This document shows, in pieces, positions 16,629-33,773 of a DNA stretch of 64,000 bases. The DNA lies in NCBI RefSeq assembly GCF_009914755.1, contig NC_060928.1. One strand, given 5' to 3'. Under the pieces are notes generated by a model. That model did not search any database and had not been told where the DNA came from. It saw only the letters and a list, made by a program, of their open reading frames with translations. A program made the translations under genes and the position numbers. This DNA comes from the human T2T-CHM13v2.0 reference genome, Homo sapiens. Position 1 is the stretch's first letter; each line of letters opens with the position of its first letter.

Positions 16629-18604
16629 TTAGACCTGAAAATATTAAACATTTCCTACATCAAATACCCACCAACTCATTATCAATTTTTCTCTCTACTC
16701 TTTTGGAATCAGCATCTAAATAAAATTGGTCGATAAGGATTGTAAATCTCTTTGATGAACTGGTTCCCCTCCATCCCAGTTTTTTTCCCTTAGAGTTCAT
16801 TTATTGAGAAACCAGATTGTTTGTCTTCTAAGTTTTCCTGTGGTCTGATATACTGCTTCCATCTCCACTGTGTAAATTAACACCTTTTTCTCTTCTCTGT
16901 ATTTCCTGTAAATCAATAATTGGAGGAAAAGCCTTGTCAGATTTAGTGTATATTTTATATCTGAGTCCAGTATTTCTTATATAATATTTTAAGATAAGTG
17001 TACTCTTTTAAAAAGTATTGAAACTATATGCTCAATTTTTTTTAACTGATGCTTTTAAGAAGGCTGCTTGATCATAAAAGTTTAGAGATCATTGGTCTGA
17101 TGGGAAAAGCAAATAATTACTAAACCGTTTAGCAAGGTTGAGGTGCACATGGTGGGGCCTGGAGAAGTTCAGTCATGAGCCGTCACTTATGGGCACGTGG
17201 AATCTGACCCGGCACAGAGTTGGGAGAAGACAGGAGCTTTATAGACAGAAAATGTGGTCTTTGCTAAGTCCCAGGAGTGAAAGGGTGAGACAGTGCTCAC
17301 AGCACACGAGTGTGGGTGCGTAGACAGAGCAAGGGTGGGTCCTGAAAAGGCCTGCAGGCTTTCTCATAGATTAGCAAGAGTGCTGGTTACGGAGGTTTCT
17401 AACATTTGTGAACAGATCGAAACTGTGTTAAATTGGGATTGCAGTAATCCTGGAAGGACAGGGATAGAGGGTGAAGGGGAAAAAAGGGTATGGATGTGAG
17501 ACTTAATTGCTGATTTTCTTAAGACCTTTCTCCAAAGTAAATAAATGATGTGGCACATTTTTGAACTGGCAAATTCTAAACTCTAGATATGATTATCTCT
17601 ATAACATATCTTACTCCATCTTCTTTTGACTAAAAACTGTTCTTAATTAAATTACCATGAGACGTTCAATTCAGCAAATGTAGTTTGGCTAACCATATTT
17701 AATTAGAATTTAATATAATCCTAGGCCTGGCCAAACTATTAAGCAAGTGTGGGCAAAATATTGATAATTTTAGATATGCAGGAACTTAGTTTGCTTTCCA
17801 TGTGTGCTTTTCGAAAAAGGAATAAATTGAAAAATAGAGGAAGCCCTGAAATCCAAGAAGCAAACTCTCTCACCTAGGCATGCAGTAAAAGCAATTCTAG
17901 GATGATTGCTGTTTGGCGCGTAGTTCGTATTAGAAACCATTCTTCTTGAATAAATAGTATGTTTAAGAAGCTGGGCAGAGGGAAGGCATATGCATATATT
18001 ATCAACAAGGAGGGAGAAAAAGGCAATTAGTAACCATCCATAGGAGGGTCAGCAAGATTTATAAAGGAAATTTGTGATCCAAGTATGAAGCAAAATAAGG
18101 TGCAGAATAAATTTTAAGCAAGTAATAGATTAGAGTAAGAGAACCCATTTGACCATTAACCTTGGGACATTCTCTTTCAAATGACATGGAGTAGTACTGA
18201 AATCTTTCTTTCTTTCTGAGTCTAGGTTATTGTGACTGGACTCAGAAAGAAATATTTCATTATTGCAGTGAATAACATTTGTGAACATTATTGTTCATAA
18301 ATTATGCAGTGAATAACATTTATGAACACGTGATGTGTAAGATACATACTGTTTATTTTTAGTTAAGTTTTTTGGCTCAACTTCTAGGCAGAGAACATTA
18401 AATGTAAATAGTGTTACCTAGGAGCATGTAAATGGAAATCTCCATAGTATGAAAGCAGTGCTGTTGCTAACAGAATTTAGGAGGGGGCAGATGAGGTGAA
18501 GGAAATGTGGGTGCTGATTTCCTTATTACATTGAGAGGAGCCAGGAGATTCTTTGTTCAAAATGGATGGCTTAAGAAGTCAAAGTATAAGCTGATTACGT
18601 AGAG

Positions 18605-18817
18605 CAGGTACCCAAAAATGTTTTGTGTAAGGGGCCAGATAGTAAATATTTTCAGTCTTGCAGGCCATCCCAAGTCTGTGGCAGCTACTCAACACTACCT
18701 TTGTAGCATGAAAGCAGCCACAGGCAGCCCATAAATGTGGCTCTGTTCCGGTGAAACTTTAGGTACAAAAGCAGGTGCAGGCCAGACCTGACCTGTGCAC
18801 TGTGGTTTGCTGACCTG
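18605..18817 (+). mobile_element. MER58A hAT-Charlie MITE
   Basis: tgtaaggggccagatagtaaatattttcag...tactcaac...gaaagcagccac...gtttgctgacc. Confidence 0.8.
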
Positions 18818-18935
18818 GGATTCAGGGGTATAGAAGTTACCATCAGAAGAGCTAAAAGTGAGACTTTTTACTTTATACTCTTCTACACTGTCTGATTTTG
18901 AAAAAAAGAAACATGTATTTTATAATATTAAAGAT

Positions 18936-19116
18936 AGGGTTGGCAAATAGCAAATAAAAATACAGAATACCAGTGAAATTTGAACTTCAGATACATTATG
19001 AGTAATTTTATGGTGTAAGTATATTCCAAATCATGTGGGACATACTTACACTACAAAATTATTTGTTGTTTGTTTACAGTTTAAATTTGAGTGCCTTGTA
19101 TTTTATCTGGCAACTG
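18936..19116. mobile_element. MER53 palindromic MITE
   Basis: agggttggcaaatagcaaataaaaatacag...gggacatacttacact...tgtattttatctggcaact; the two arms are reverse complements. Confidence 0.85.
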
Positions 19117-19167
19117 TAATTAAAGGGAAAAAGAATAAATTCATTATGTTCATATAATGTGATATAG

Positions 19168-19539
19168 CAGGGGTCCCCAACCCCCAGGCTGCAGAGTGGT
19201 ACTGGTCCATGGGTCCCCAACCCCCAGGCTGCAGAGCGGTATTGGTCCATGGCCTGTTAGGAACCAGGCTGCCCAGCAGGAAGTGAGCAGCAGGTGAGCT
19301 GGCATTCCCACCTGAGCACCGCCTCCTGTCAGATCAGTGGCAGCATTAGATTCCCATAGGAGTGCAAACCCTATTGTGAACTGCACATGTGAGGGGTCTA
19401 GGTTGTGCGCTCCTTATGAGAATCTAATGCCTGATGATCTGAGGTGGAACAGTCTCGTCTTGAAACCATCCCCTGGCCCTGTGGAAAAATTGTCTCCCAT
19501 GAAACCAGTCTCTGGTGCCAGAAAGGTTGGGTAGCACTG
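19168..19539 (+). mobile_element. MER1B hAT-Charlie MITE with internal 40-bp tandem duplication
   Basis: caggggtccccaacccc...aaaggttgggtagcactg; perfect 8-bp TSD TGATATAG (19160-19167 / 19540-19547). Confidence 0.92.
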
Positions 19540-19979
19540 TGATATAGTATTAAAAGTGCTAATAAATATGGCATACTGCCTTTAAAATGTCTGGTAGCTC
19601 TTTCTCAGTGGCACTCATAATAGTGTTTTTTGATTTTTAAATGTGTGTCAAGCTGACTCTCCCCTCCGTGTATGCTGGGCTTTATTTTCCCTTTCCTAGT
19701 CACCAGTTTTGGGAAATAGAGATCTTCATTCTCATGCTGCTCCTCTAGTGCAAGTGCTCCATTTATTTTTAAGGAATTAATATAACAAAAAATCATGGGA
19801 ATTTAGAAAACAACATGGAAGCTAATGATCACATTGGTGGAAGTGATAGGGAAATATTTAGGGGGAGAAGTTAAGGTATAAACTTTGTCAATGAAGTCCT
19901 ATTAAAAACAACAAAAAAGTGAAGCTTAGGATGCATTTTATAAACTCTGACCAGAACACCTGTGTTTCTCTGTTTCTAG

Positions 19980-20246
<267 letters not shown>

Positions 20247-20305
20247 TGATTATGGGCCTGCCCTGTGCTAAGCAGTCTGCATTCCATCTTCCTTGCCAAA
20301 ACTTA

Positions 20306-20637
<332 letters not shown>

Positions 20638-21640
20638 GAGAATTAAAGTTTAGCAGGTTGGGTGGCAAAATGAGGCCACACATTTAAAGCCCCTCCTCCT
20701 GATTCTTTTCTCTGCCTTGGCTGCCTCCTGTGGCATTTTAGGTGCTGAGAAATGAAAACAGTAGGGAAAATAGTTCCAGGATCCTCATGTTAATTTGCCA
20801 GAAATGGCATCTTCAAGTCGTCAGAGGGATCTGAGAGTTCCTTCCTGGCCTGACTTGAGAAAATCCGTCTGTCCCCAGCTCTGCGTCTGCCTCCACTGCC
20901 CAGTCACCTCCTCTCCATGCTCTTGGGGCTGGGCCCTACCCCACCATGCAGTGCTGCCCTGGAGCAGTGAGCTTGGTGGGTCCTGTCTGGCATGAGAGCT
21001 GCCTTTGGGAGCTGGATCCCAGCCTCTACCACTGGGTCTGGTGCCTAGCAGGCTATGGATAAACTTCTGCTGACTCCGGCCTCTCCTAAGCCACTGCAAC
21101 GTGGTCGGTGTAGTGCACAGTGTGTGTGCAGCGTGGCCTTACTCACAGCCTCCACATTAGAGAGAATCTGACTGAAGTCTTACTGCTGCCTCGTGTGAAC
21201 ATAAATGTTTGCCAGAACCATGAGCAGGAAATGTTAATCTGCCTTGTTTCCTGTCCTTTACACGGAAGAATTTTTTTCTGTATGGAATGCGTGCCTTACA
21301 AATAATGAGTGGAAATACCCATCGCTAATGAAAAGTTATACTTGACTGTTAGTCAGCTAAATAATCTGAGATTTCTAATACTTTTAATTTGGCTTTTACA
21401 ATGCAATTTATCTTAGCTTTTTTGATTTCTTAGGTCATATCTTTAGAACTATATATTTGAATGTTAATGTAATTTTCATATTGAAATTAAAATGTTGAAC
21501 TGCGATGTTAAGTGTTTCCTGTGGAAAAACGTTCACATTTTCTCTAGTTTTAAAGTTGAATCAAGCTGTTTGAAGATTTTCACATTTCTTCTAGATTTTA
21601 TCAGCTTGTTACTTTATCTGTCACTTTCTGTGATTTGCAG

Positions 21641-21688
21641 CTGGAGGGGGTTCCTCATGCAGCCCTGTCCTTTCAAGAAAACAAAAAG
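21641..21688 (+). CDS. HTT: HTT exon 10 (48 nt)
   Basis: tgcag|CTGGAG...AAAAAG|gtgatt; (A)GGGSSCSPVLSRKQK(G). Confidence 0.96.
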
Positions 21689-21949
21689 GTGATTATTTCA
21701 GAAATCAGAGTCTTGTGTTGAATCTTACTGATTTTCTTGTATTTCTGTAATGTAATGTATCTTGTATTTCTTGTAATACTGTATTGGACTCTGTGTATAT
21801 CTCTTCTCAGATGAGTGATTATATGTGTGAATGTTGCTGGAATCTGATAACCAGGCCTGAATAGTTTTGTAGGGTGGCTTTTAAAAATTACTTTCATATC
21901 AGAATTGCTTTGTCATAAATTTTGAACGCATCATAAATTTCTAATGTTC

Positions 21950-22142
21950 GGGGTCAGCAGACTTTTTTTGTAAAGGGACAGAGTGTAAACATCTTAGCTT
22001 TATGGGCCATATGGTCTCTTTTGCAACATTCAGCTCTGCCCTGTGACAGGAATGCAGTTGTAAAGACATGAGCTACTGGCCAGCTATGTTCCAGTAGAAC
22101 TTTACTTACAGAAACAGACAGGCTGTAGTTTGCCAATACCTG
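21950..22142 (+). mobile_element. MER58A MITE
   Basis: ggggtcagcagacttttttgtaaagggacagag...ctttatgggccatatggtctct...tgtagtttgccaatacctg. Confidence 0.8.
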
Positions 22143-22232
22143 CCTTAGGGAATGTGTTGTTATATTTTGTGAGTTACCTTCTCAGTAAATTTTATTTAGT
22201 ATTAGTCAGGAATATTATTAAGTAGCTTCTTT

Positions 22233-22455
22233 TCCAGCCTGGTCAACATAGTGAGACCCGGTCTCTACCAAAACAAAACAAAACAAAAAAACAGCCACGC
22301 ATGTGGCATGTGCCTGTAGCCTCAGCTGCTGCTCAGGGGGCTGAGGCAAGAGGATTGTTTGAGCCCAGGAGTTTGAGGTCACAGTGAGCTGTAGTCATGC
22401 CACTGCACTCCAGCCTAGGCAACAGAATGAGACCTTGTGTCTTAAAAAAAAAAAG
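22233..22455 (+). mobile_element. 5'-truncated Alu (AluJ-like)
   Basis: Begins ccagcctggtcaacatag; right arm and tail present. Confidence 0.88.
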
Positions 22456-24200
22456 TTTCCTTTGTTGGGTTATTTTAATTTGGACCTGGTTATCATTTTT
22501 CAGCCATATTTAACTTTGTACATATCAGAATGTTCTGATAAAACTTAACTTTTATTAAAGTGTTTGTGATATAATCTGCTAGTTTTGGTACACATTATCT
22601 TTTGCAATGCCAGTTATTTTCTTTTCCAGTGTGGGTTTGCATAGGAAAAGAATTGCTGTCACTTTCTATTTTGAAATCTTAAAAGACTGATCCTTTTTTG
22701 TGTCATGATTTGAGTATTTAATTGAGAGCCTAATGCCTAATATTATTTGCAGTATTAAATGGGATCTTAACAGGAATAGCATTCTAGCCTTCATTGAATT
22801 AAGTAAACATTTCTTAAGAGAACTTGGAATCTATAATATTTGCGTCATCATAGTATGAGATACTTAATCAAGTTTGAGATTTTAGTGAAACATTGTTTAG
22901 AAGCCAAAAGGATTCTAGGAAAAATTAATGTCTATATTCTTGAATTAGGAGAGATTTTGGGACGTGTGACTAAGTTACGCTGACACTTGTTTGTTTCTTA
23001 GTCGCTTTTTCCAGTGGCGGTGAGAACGAAGATGACTGATTCACATTGCTCAGATGAGTTTATCCTCTTCTGGCTGGGACATGGGATATATCCTGTCTCT
23101 TTTAAGCCTTTTTGGTATTTTTCCCCCATTGAGAGCTGTGTCTTCAAACTCTTCTGTTATAGCTGGAAAATCCTTTTTAAGTGAAATCTGCCCAAATTAT
23201 AAGACAGATGAAGGTAGAGTTGTGTTGGATATAGGATTAGGGTGAAAGTAGTGGGGGTGTCCTGGAGCCTCTCTTCTGGTGGCAGCCTAGCTCTTGTGCC
23301 TTTGAGGAAATTACCCTGGGGACGGCTCTGTGGAACATATTTGCAAACCACTGATTTGGAAGATAGAGATGGCTTTTGTTAAGATCTGAATTCACCTTTT
23401 TGGCATTTTATTTGATTTCTCAAGGTAAAGAACTTATTTTGTAATAAAGTTTCCTATTATTTAGTAGATAGGCCAAGTTGCTGTGTTAATTCCATGTAGA
23501 TTTTGGGTTTCCTTTGCTCATTTTTTCACTCTTAATCTCACATCATTGTAAGTTTATGGAAGTTATCATACTTCTGACTTTTTCTTTGAAGAGCAGAAAT
23601 TAGAAATTCCCAATAATTATTTTGATAGTGTCATTTAATGACACTCACATGTGATGTAGCCACAAAGATTTAATGAGTTCAGTTTTAAATCATATTAAGA
23701 CTGTTGGTTTCATTTGTTCTCATTAATGTAATTCTGAAGATGAACAATAAAATGTATTTTTAGAACTTTCAAATGAAATATTATTTCATCCTTCCAGATC
23801 ATATAATGCTTAAGTTCTGATTGTTAATCATAAAGTCTAGAAAATTAAAAGATAATAAAATGAAAGTGACTTTTAGGTATTAGAGTTTTATTATAAATTC
23901 TGGTGTGTCATTGGAGCTATGACATGAATATTTCAAAGGCCAATAGCATTGGATCTTTACAGTTATAACTTACCATTTTTAAGTTTAAGTAGTAATATAG
24001 ATTATTTAATAATCAAAATCAATAAATATTAATTATTAAAATGTTTTGTGGTATAGTTTGAGAATCATTGCTTTTAACTTTTTCCATATAGGTTTATTGA
24101 CTTTAATAGCATTCTAAACATAACATCTCTACATTCTTTGTGTTTAATACTGTGGAGGTATAAAAATACTTATATATGATGATAAACTATATTAGAGTAA

Positions 24201-24392
<192 letters not shown>

Positions 24393-24787
24393 TAGTTAGC
24401 CGCTGGTGTGGACCTTCACTGTCTGCCTTCCACCCCTTGCCCTTCCTGCTCGTCCCCCTGCACCTGGTGGACAGCACGACTGGGGGCAGCAGTGGAGCCA
24501 GGTTGCTTAAATGGGGCATATTCGGGCTTCTTTTATAATACTTACTCTGAAGCTTGTGTGTCTGTGGTGTTTGCATCATATATTTGTTGTTTTCCATGGT
24601 TTAGGCTGTTTTAAAATTAGGTTTATGGCTTGAGCATAGGGCTTTGTGAGTAGGGGATGGCAGGTCGAAACATCTCATGAGTTGGATGGGTTATGCTGGG
24701 GGTTGGGAAATGGGATGAAAAATTATGGGATGAAAAATTGCCTATGGATAGTTTAACTTGAAAGAATCTGCCTTTGTTTACAGATAG

Positions 24788-25105
<318 letters not shown>

Positions 25106-25990
25106 AGTTACAGATACTTATCTAATGAAATTCTCTGTGTACTTTATAAAAGATGAGGATTAACTGAAGGTACTAATAACTGGATTATATGAGGGTGGTT
25201 TTGGTTGTATAATCCTATCTAAAAGAATATTTTAGCTATAACTGAAAGTAAGACTTAAATATTTAGAGAGGAAAATCTGAATAATTCTAGTAGTAATTAT
25301 TTATTTACAAAATAAAAATAGATTTTTTTTTGATTACACAAATTAAACAACAATAAAACATCACAGCAATCCGGATACTATAAAGCTCACATGCTTACCG
25401 ACCCAACTGCCCCAGGAGTGACCACTGCCAACAGCTTCATGTCGACCTTTTTGCCATAATTTTTATATAGCCTTTTTTGTTTTTAAATGGTAATTTAGAA
25501 AGTCAACTAGGAAAATGTGTTACAGGTTTATCTTCCAGGAGAATAGGACTGGAGTCGAGATCTTGAATGTGGCTTGGAAGAAGGCAAGCCCACCCCAGAG
25601 AGATGAGTTGACAGTTGTTTCTGACCACTGCTTGCTTAGAGGGCCTGCGTGTCTGTGACCGCCTAGCTTTGCGCCCCTGACTAGGCTGCCCCTTAATTAC
25701 AAATGTCTTTATATATTGCTCCAGCTAAGGCTTGGAGTAGTCGGTTAAGAACTTGAACTTCGGTTTTTGCAGTGAAACAGCATTTGAGAATATCACCTTC
25801 TGATAAGCCTTATTTTATAAGGTGGGTACTGTAGTGGGAGGCAGTGTGAGAGATGCTTGAAGGATGCACTGCTGTCCTGCATTTCAGCATCTTCAGGATG
25901 CTGTGCAGCTGAAACATTTGATAACGGTGGAACTGTTCGTTATTTTGCAAGCCTGTGATTCCCTATTGAATGTTTTCTCTCGCCATTTGA

Positions 25991-26984
<994 letters not shown>

Positions 26985-27509
26985 CTGCCACCTGCCATCT
27001 TTTGAGTTCTTCCCTGGAGACCTAGACCTGAACCCTCCTGCTTGTTCTCTTGTTATCTAATACCCCTATTGACAGCGCAGCTTAGATCATTAATGGAGAG
27101 CTTGACCTCATCTGATACCTTCACTGAAGGAAACAACTTAGTGTCTTTTGTGTTGAACACTGAGGTAAAAAATTGGAATAGTTGATTATATGAACTCTGC
27201 TAAAATTGAGTGCATTTTACATTTTTTAAGGCCTTGTTGGGCCCTGGTTAAATAATTATTTTTAAAAATCCTTAAGGAGCCTATTATAAACAGATCTGTG
27301 GTCTTAATGAAATGTGATTAATACTGTGCATTATTTTAAGAACTTTTGACTTTTCAAAAAACTTTTACAACATTTCCCATTTGATAGCGGCATAGGTTTA
27401 AGCACTTCTCATCTCTAAGTTAGTGGACAAAAAACCCTCATGGATAGTCTAATAATGTTTGCTACAAGTCCATGTTGAGTTTTATACTCCATTTTATTTT
27501 CAGTTTTAA

Positions 27510-28035
27510 AAACTGTGGTTAAATATGTGTAACATAAAATTTATGTTCTTAACCATTTTTTGCGTATACAGTTCGCTGGTATTAAATACATTTAAATAAT
27601 GTCATGGAATCATTGCTACCACCCATCTCTGTAACCTTTTGATCATGTAACACTGAAGCTCTGTTCCCATTGAACTCTATTCCTCCTTTCCCGCCAAGTC
27701 CCTGGCAACCACGATTCTTCTTTCTGTCTTCTGAATTTGACTACTTTGGGTTCTCATATACTTTAGGAGTCACACAGTATTTGTTTTACTTAGCATAATG
27801 TCCCCAAAGCTCATGCATGTTGTAGCCTATGTTAGAACTTCCTAATGTTTCAGGCCAAATACTATTCCATTGTATGGATAGGCCACATTTTGCTTTTCCA
27901 TTCCTCTGTCCATGGACACTTGTATTGCTTCATGTTTTAGCCATTGTGAATCATGCTGTTATGAACGTGGGTGTACAGATAGCTCCTGGAGACTCTGCTT
28001 TCCATTTTTTTGGCTAAATACCCAGAAATGGAGTT
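27510..28035 (-). mobile_element. L1MB/L1MA-type 3' fragment
   Basis: cataaaatttatgttcttaaccatttt...catgttgtagc...tattccattgtatggataggccacattttg...tacccagaaatgg. Confidence 0.75.
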
Positions 28036-28675
28036 GCTTTTACATTCCAATTTTAATTTAAAACATTCATATCATTGAGTGTTTTACTTAATAGTATAGT
28101 AGTTAACAAACTTAATAAAATAGTATTTTGGTAATAATTTGCTGGTAGTCCATTGTTCAGTTTTTTTAGGTAAATTACACAGGACATTTCAAGTGGACAT
28201 GAAACATCTTGTGATGTGGAATCATGCCCCAAGCTGATGGCTAAACATATGAAATACCATACCCTAAATTTAGTAGATTTAGTCTTTGCAATTTAGGAGA
28301 TAACCTGTTATATTGTTAGGTTTTTGTCGAAAAGCTTTGTCCTCATATTTCCAACTTGCTGTAAAATTTGTTTGTGAAGACAAATATTTTTGTATGGGTT
28401 TTTTCTTTTTCATATTAAAAAGAAATGTCCACATTGGAATTTTTTTGGAGTTTTTAGAGCTAATAGAGCTTTTCATAATGTAGTGGGAATGAGTGATCAG
28501 TAAGCTCTTAGCAGTTTCCATGCGTGCATTTCTGTGCCTTGAAATAAATGACAGATGAGTACATTTGTGTTCTGTGTGTAAAATGTGCTCTTTCCTCATT
28601 GCACTTCCATGTTGGAGGGCTTGTCTCTTGGTGATCACACTTCAAAATTCTCACAGCCCCCCTTGAACCGTTTAG

Positions 28676-28909
<234 letters not shown>

Positions 28910-28995
28910 TGAATAGCTGATGAAAATGACCAATTGAGGAATAATCATACTTTTTCTTGATCTAAATCTTATACTTTTGAGTTATCTTAGCATAA

Positions 28996-29220
<225 letters not shown>

Positions 29221-30037
29221 TGAGGATTTAAAATCGCCCTGGCTACTGTCTACTTTATTGCTTTCCCATCCCTGGGCCTTTAAATTTCCCCTTTAAATAC
29301 CAGCTCTTCCCAGGCCTGTTGTTTTCTGCCTTTCCAGGTACTACCCACAGCCTTGAGAATTGCCTGAGTTCTGCCTCCTTTGAGAGTGTGCCCCAGACAA
29401 ATCTATTCTGTACTGAATGTTTCCTTGTCTGATTTCTTGGATCATTCATTTGATGGTTGCGTATGGCCTGCAACGTTTCTTGTTTTGGTTCTACTGAACT
29501 GTTCTAAAAGTCTCTCTTCATATTATCTTTTTACATGTAAATGTAACTGTCTTCACTTTTAATTCCTCAAGGACAAGGAATAGCGTTTCACAGTTCGTCC
29601 CATCAATCAGAATTATAGCCTTTGGCATCTCCCTATCTACCAGGCCCACTTCCTCTTAGATTTGGGCTTCCCCAGGCTGTTGCCTTTCCCCAAGTAGCTT
29701 CTGCTTGTCCTGTAGAAGACCTTTCATGCTTTGCTTCTGCAGCAGCCGTTCCTGAATGCCTAGTGTCAACTGCCTTCTTACCACGCCCACCCTCCCTGCA
29801 TGCTGCATTTATCCCCTGCCACAGCCCTGTGACCCTGTGTCCTGCTGCCTCTGACTTGTCTGTTTCTGCTTGGCCATGGTCTCTGTGAGGTCAGGTGTGC
29901 ATATGGGCACAAACCAGGGCATCTCTTTATCCCCAGCACCTGGCTTAAGTGCTGCTCTGGAACTATCTGTTGAATGAACTAATGCATGAATGTATTGTTG
30001 AGTATGAGACAAACAAGTGTCATTGTCTCCTTTCTAG

Positions 30038-30274
<237 letters not shown>

Positions 30275-30298
30275 TAGCCGAGGGGAGGGAGGAAATGA

Positions 30299-30562
<264 letters not shown>

Positions 30563-31198
30563 TAATCATTATTGTAAAAACTATTTCAGTATTGACTATT
30601 TTAGTTTTAGAGCAGTAAGTGTTTTGAGTTCATTTGGGATATTTGACCTGCGTTGTAGCTCTTCAGAAAACACATGAATAGTGAAGTTCTTTGTTTCATG
30701 GGTTCCCTTTAGATGAAACCCATAGAGGAGAAAAGTAGAAACCTCAGCACGTAAGAGCCAACATATATACACATCGGATTTAAACCTAAAGCACAAATTG
30801 TGCCTGGTCGCAGTGGCGCTGAGTCGCACTCAGCCAGGCCAGGCATTCACACTCAGGGTGAGTGGGAACCAGGACTGGCTGAGGCAGCAGTGGACCCAAG
30901 TCTCCATCGCGCCCATGCTTACTATGGAGCCTTCTTGTTCTCTCTTTTTCTTTGGGTGAGAGGGTACACTTGTGTTTTTGAATTTATATGAGGTAAGTGT
31001 GTAATAGGGTTTTTTCTAATCTTTTTTAAGTGGAATCTGGAATTTTAATCAGATTTATTATCTGACAACCTAGAATTATAATCCAGAAAGTCTGTGGTAT
31101 TGAGGACATATTGGCAATATGATGAATCTCTAATTCTTAAATCCTGAAACTTTTTTTTTTTTAATCACTTAGGGTTATTATAGTGAAGTCATTTCTGA

Positions 31199-31516
<318 letters not shown>

Positions 31517-31519
31517 TAA

Positions 31520-31738
<219 letters not shown>

Positions 31739-31954
31739 TAATAGGAAATATTTCCATGCACTCTAAAGCTGTAACCAGTAATACCCACCATGTATCCATC
31801 TCTCAGCTTTAGAAAGAAAACGTTGCCAGTAAAGTTAATGCTTCATAAACTTCAGTTTAAGTTCTAATTCTCAGAATATTTGTTTGAAATAGACCTCTTC
31901 CTAAAGGATATATTTAGAAATAACCTATCATTAAGTGTAAAGTCTGTTGAATAT

Positions 31955-32295
31955 GCTGGGCACGGTGACTCACACCTGTAATCTGACCACTTTGGGAGGC
32001 CAAGGTGGAAGGATTGCTTGAGCCCAGGAGTTCAAGACTATGGGCAACATAGTTGACCCTGTCCCTACAGAAAATTAAAAAAAAAAAAAAAAAAAGTAGC
32101 TGGGTATGGTGGTGCATACCTGTAGTCTCAGCTACTCGGGAAGCTGAGGTGGAGGGGGGATTGCTTGAGCCCCAGAGATCAAGGCTGCAGTAAGGCGTGG
32201 TTACACCACTGCCCTCTAGCCTGGGCAACAGAGTGAGACTGTCTCAAAAATAATAGTAATAATAATCAGTTGAATTAAAAAAAAAAAAAAAAAAA
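31955..32295 (+). mobile_element. Alu (AluJ-like)
   Basis: Alu body with long A-linker and tail. Confidence 0.92.
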
Positions 32296-33152
32296 CCACT
32301 GTGCTAGGCCCATAGTATGGTAAGAGTTAAAGTGAGCCTTAGGGATTATTTACTCAACCTCTGTTTCTGTATAAAGTGGAATAGGCTCAATTCTTTAAGT
32401 GATAGCATGTTGAACCTTTCCATACCAACTGGCTCATAAGTCACAACTGGCCAGTCAACAAGAGTAAAAATTAACTGGTAAAAATCAAAGCAAAAAACCT
32501 ACAATTGTCAAATTTGTGGGATAACTCCCCCTTTTAAAATGTCATGCCTGACAGTAATTTCTCTCTAGTTTCCAGGTTTTCAGTCAGTTGTGTCTTTTTT
32601 GAGCAGAAGGAAGCATGCTAAGAGCTCAATCTTGTGGCTAGCTGGGGGTCTTTGTGTCAGCCATGCATGTGATGGTGCCCCTGGGTGCTTGGGGCTGCAG
32701 GGGAGGGGTACAGCAGTAGGGGCCTGTTCTGTTCTCTCGTGCTGTGGAGTACATAGTGACATAGTGGGGTGGTCCTTGGTGTAGGTCCCTTGTTCCTACC
32801 CCTGGGTCTGAGATTTATTTAGAAGTGGTGTTGGGGCTGTGCGGCAGGCCCCTCTGTAACTGATCAATGTTTGTGAAGTTGCTGTTTGAGAGTTGAAACC
32901 ATGACATAAGCAGAAATGGAAGGAAGAAAGAACCAGTTATGTGAAAGGGACACATTTACTTTTAAGCTTGTATTTACTGAGATAAAGTATTCTTAATCAA
33001 TGTTCTTGAGAGGTGTGGGAAAAATGCAACATCCTGGTTGCAGTTAAACCCAGAACATTGTGTGTTGAAGAGTGACGGTTCTCAAACCGTCAAGACGCGG
33101 GTACTGAGTGGGACTAACCTGCTGTCCTCTTGCCTTGGACCTTGTGTTCCAG

Positions 33153-33292
33153 AACTGTGTCATGAGTCTCTGCAGCAGCAGCTACAGTGAGTTAGGACTG
33201 CAGCTGATCATCGATGTGCTGACTCTGAGGAACAGTTCCTATTGGCTGGTGAGGACAGAGCTTCTGGAAACCCTTGCAGAGATTGACTTCAG
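33153..33292 (+). CDS. HTT: HTT exon 19 (140 nt)
   Basis: tccag|AACTGT...CTTCAG|gtaagt; [47 protein letters not shown]. Confidence 0.97.
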
Positions 33293-33473
33293 GTAAGTGA
33301 GTCACATCCATTAGATTTCATGAACTAAGCTCAATTGAAAGTTCTGGGATCACTTGATGCAAGGAATGATGTTATCAAGTACCCTGTCCATCAGAAATCC
33401 GAGTGGTTTAGGTAGATGACAGTGATTTTCTCCTCCCAGTGGCTTTTTGCTGAACTTTGCCCTATGCTTGGAA

Positions 33474-33773
33474 TTTTATTTTATTTTATTATTTATTTAG
33501 AGACAAGATCTTGCTCTGTCGCCCAGGCTTGAATGCAGTAGCACAATCATAGCTCACTGAAGCTTTGAACTCTAGGACTCAAGTGGTCCTCCTGCCTCAG
33601 CCTCCCGATTAGCTAGGAGAATAGGTGTGTGCCGTCACACTGGCTAATATTTTTTGTAGAAATGGGGTCTTGCTATGTTGCCCAGGCTGGTCTCAAACTC
33701 CTGGGCTTGATTGATCCTCCATCTTGGCCTCCCAAAGTGCTGGGATTACAGGCATGAGCCACTGTGCCTGGCC
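33474..33773 (-). mobile_element. Alu (AluJ-like)
   Basis: (TTTTA)n tail plus antisense body. Confidence 0.92.

Noticed and set aside
24710-24739. 15-bp tandem duplication atgggatgaaaaatt
   Set aside because: Simple slippage duplication with no functional hint.
30850-30998. Consensus donors AGG|gtgagt and GAG|gtaagt in intron 16
   Set aside because: No clean upstream acceptor defines a plausible exon, and isolated donor matches are common.
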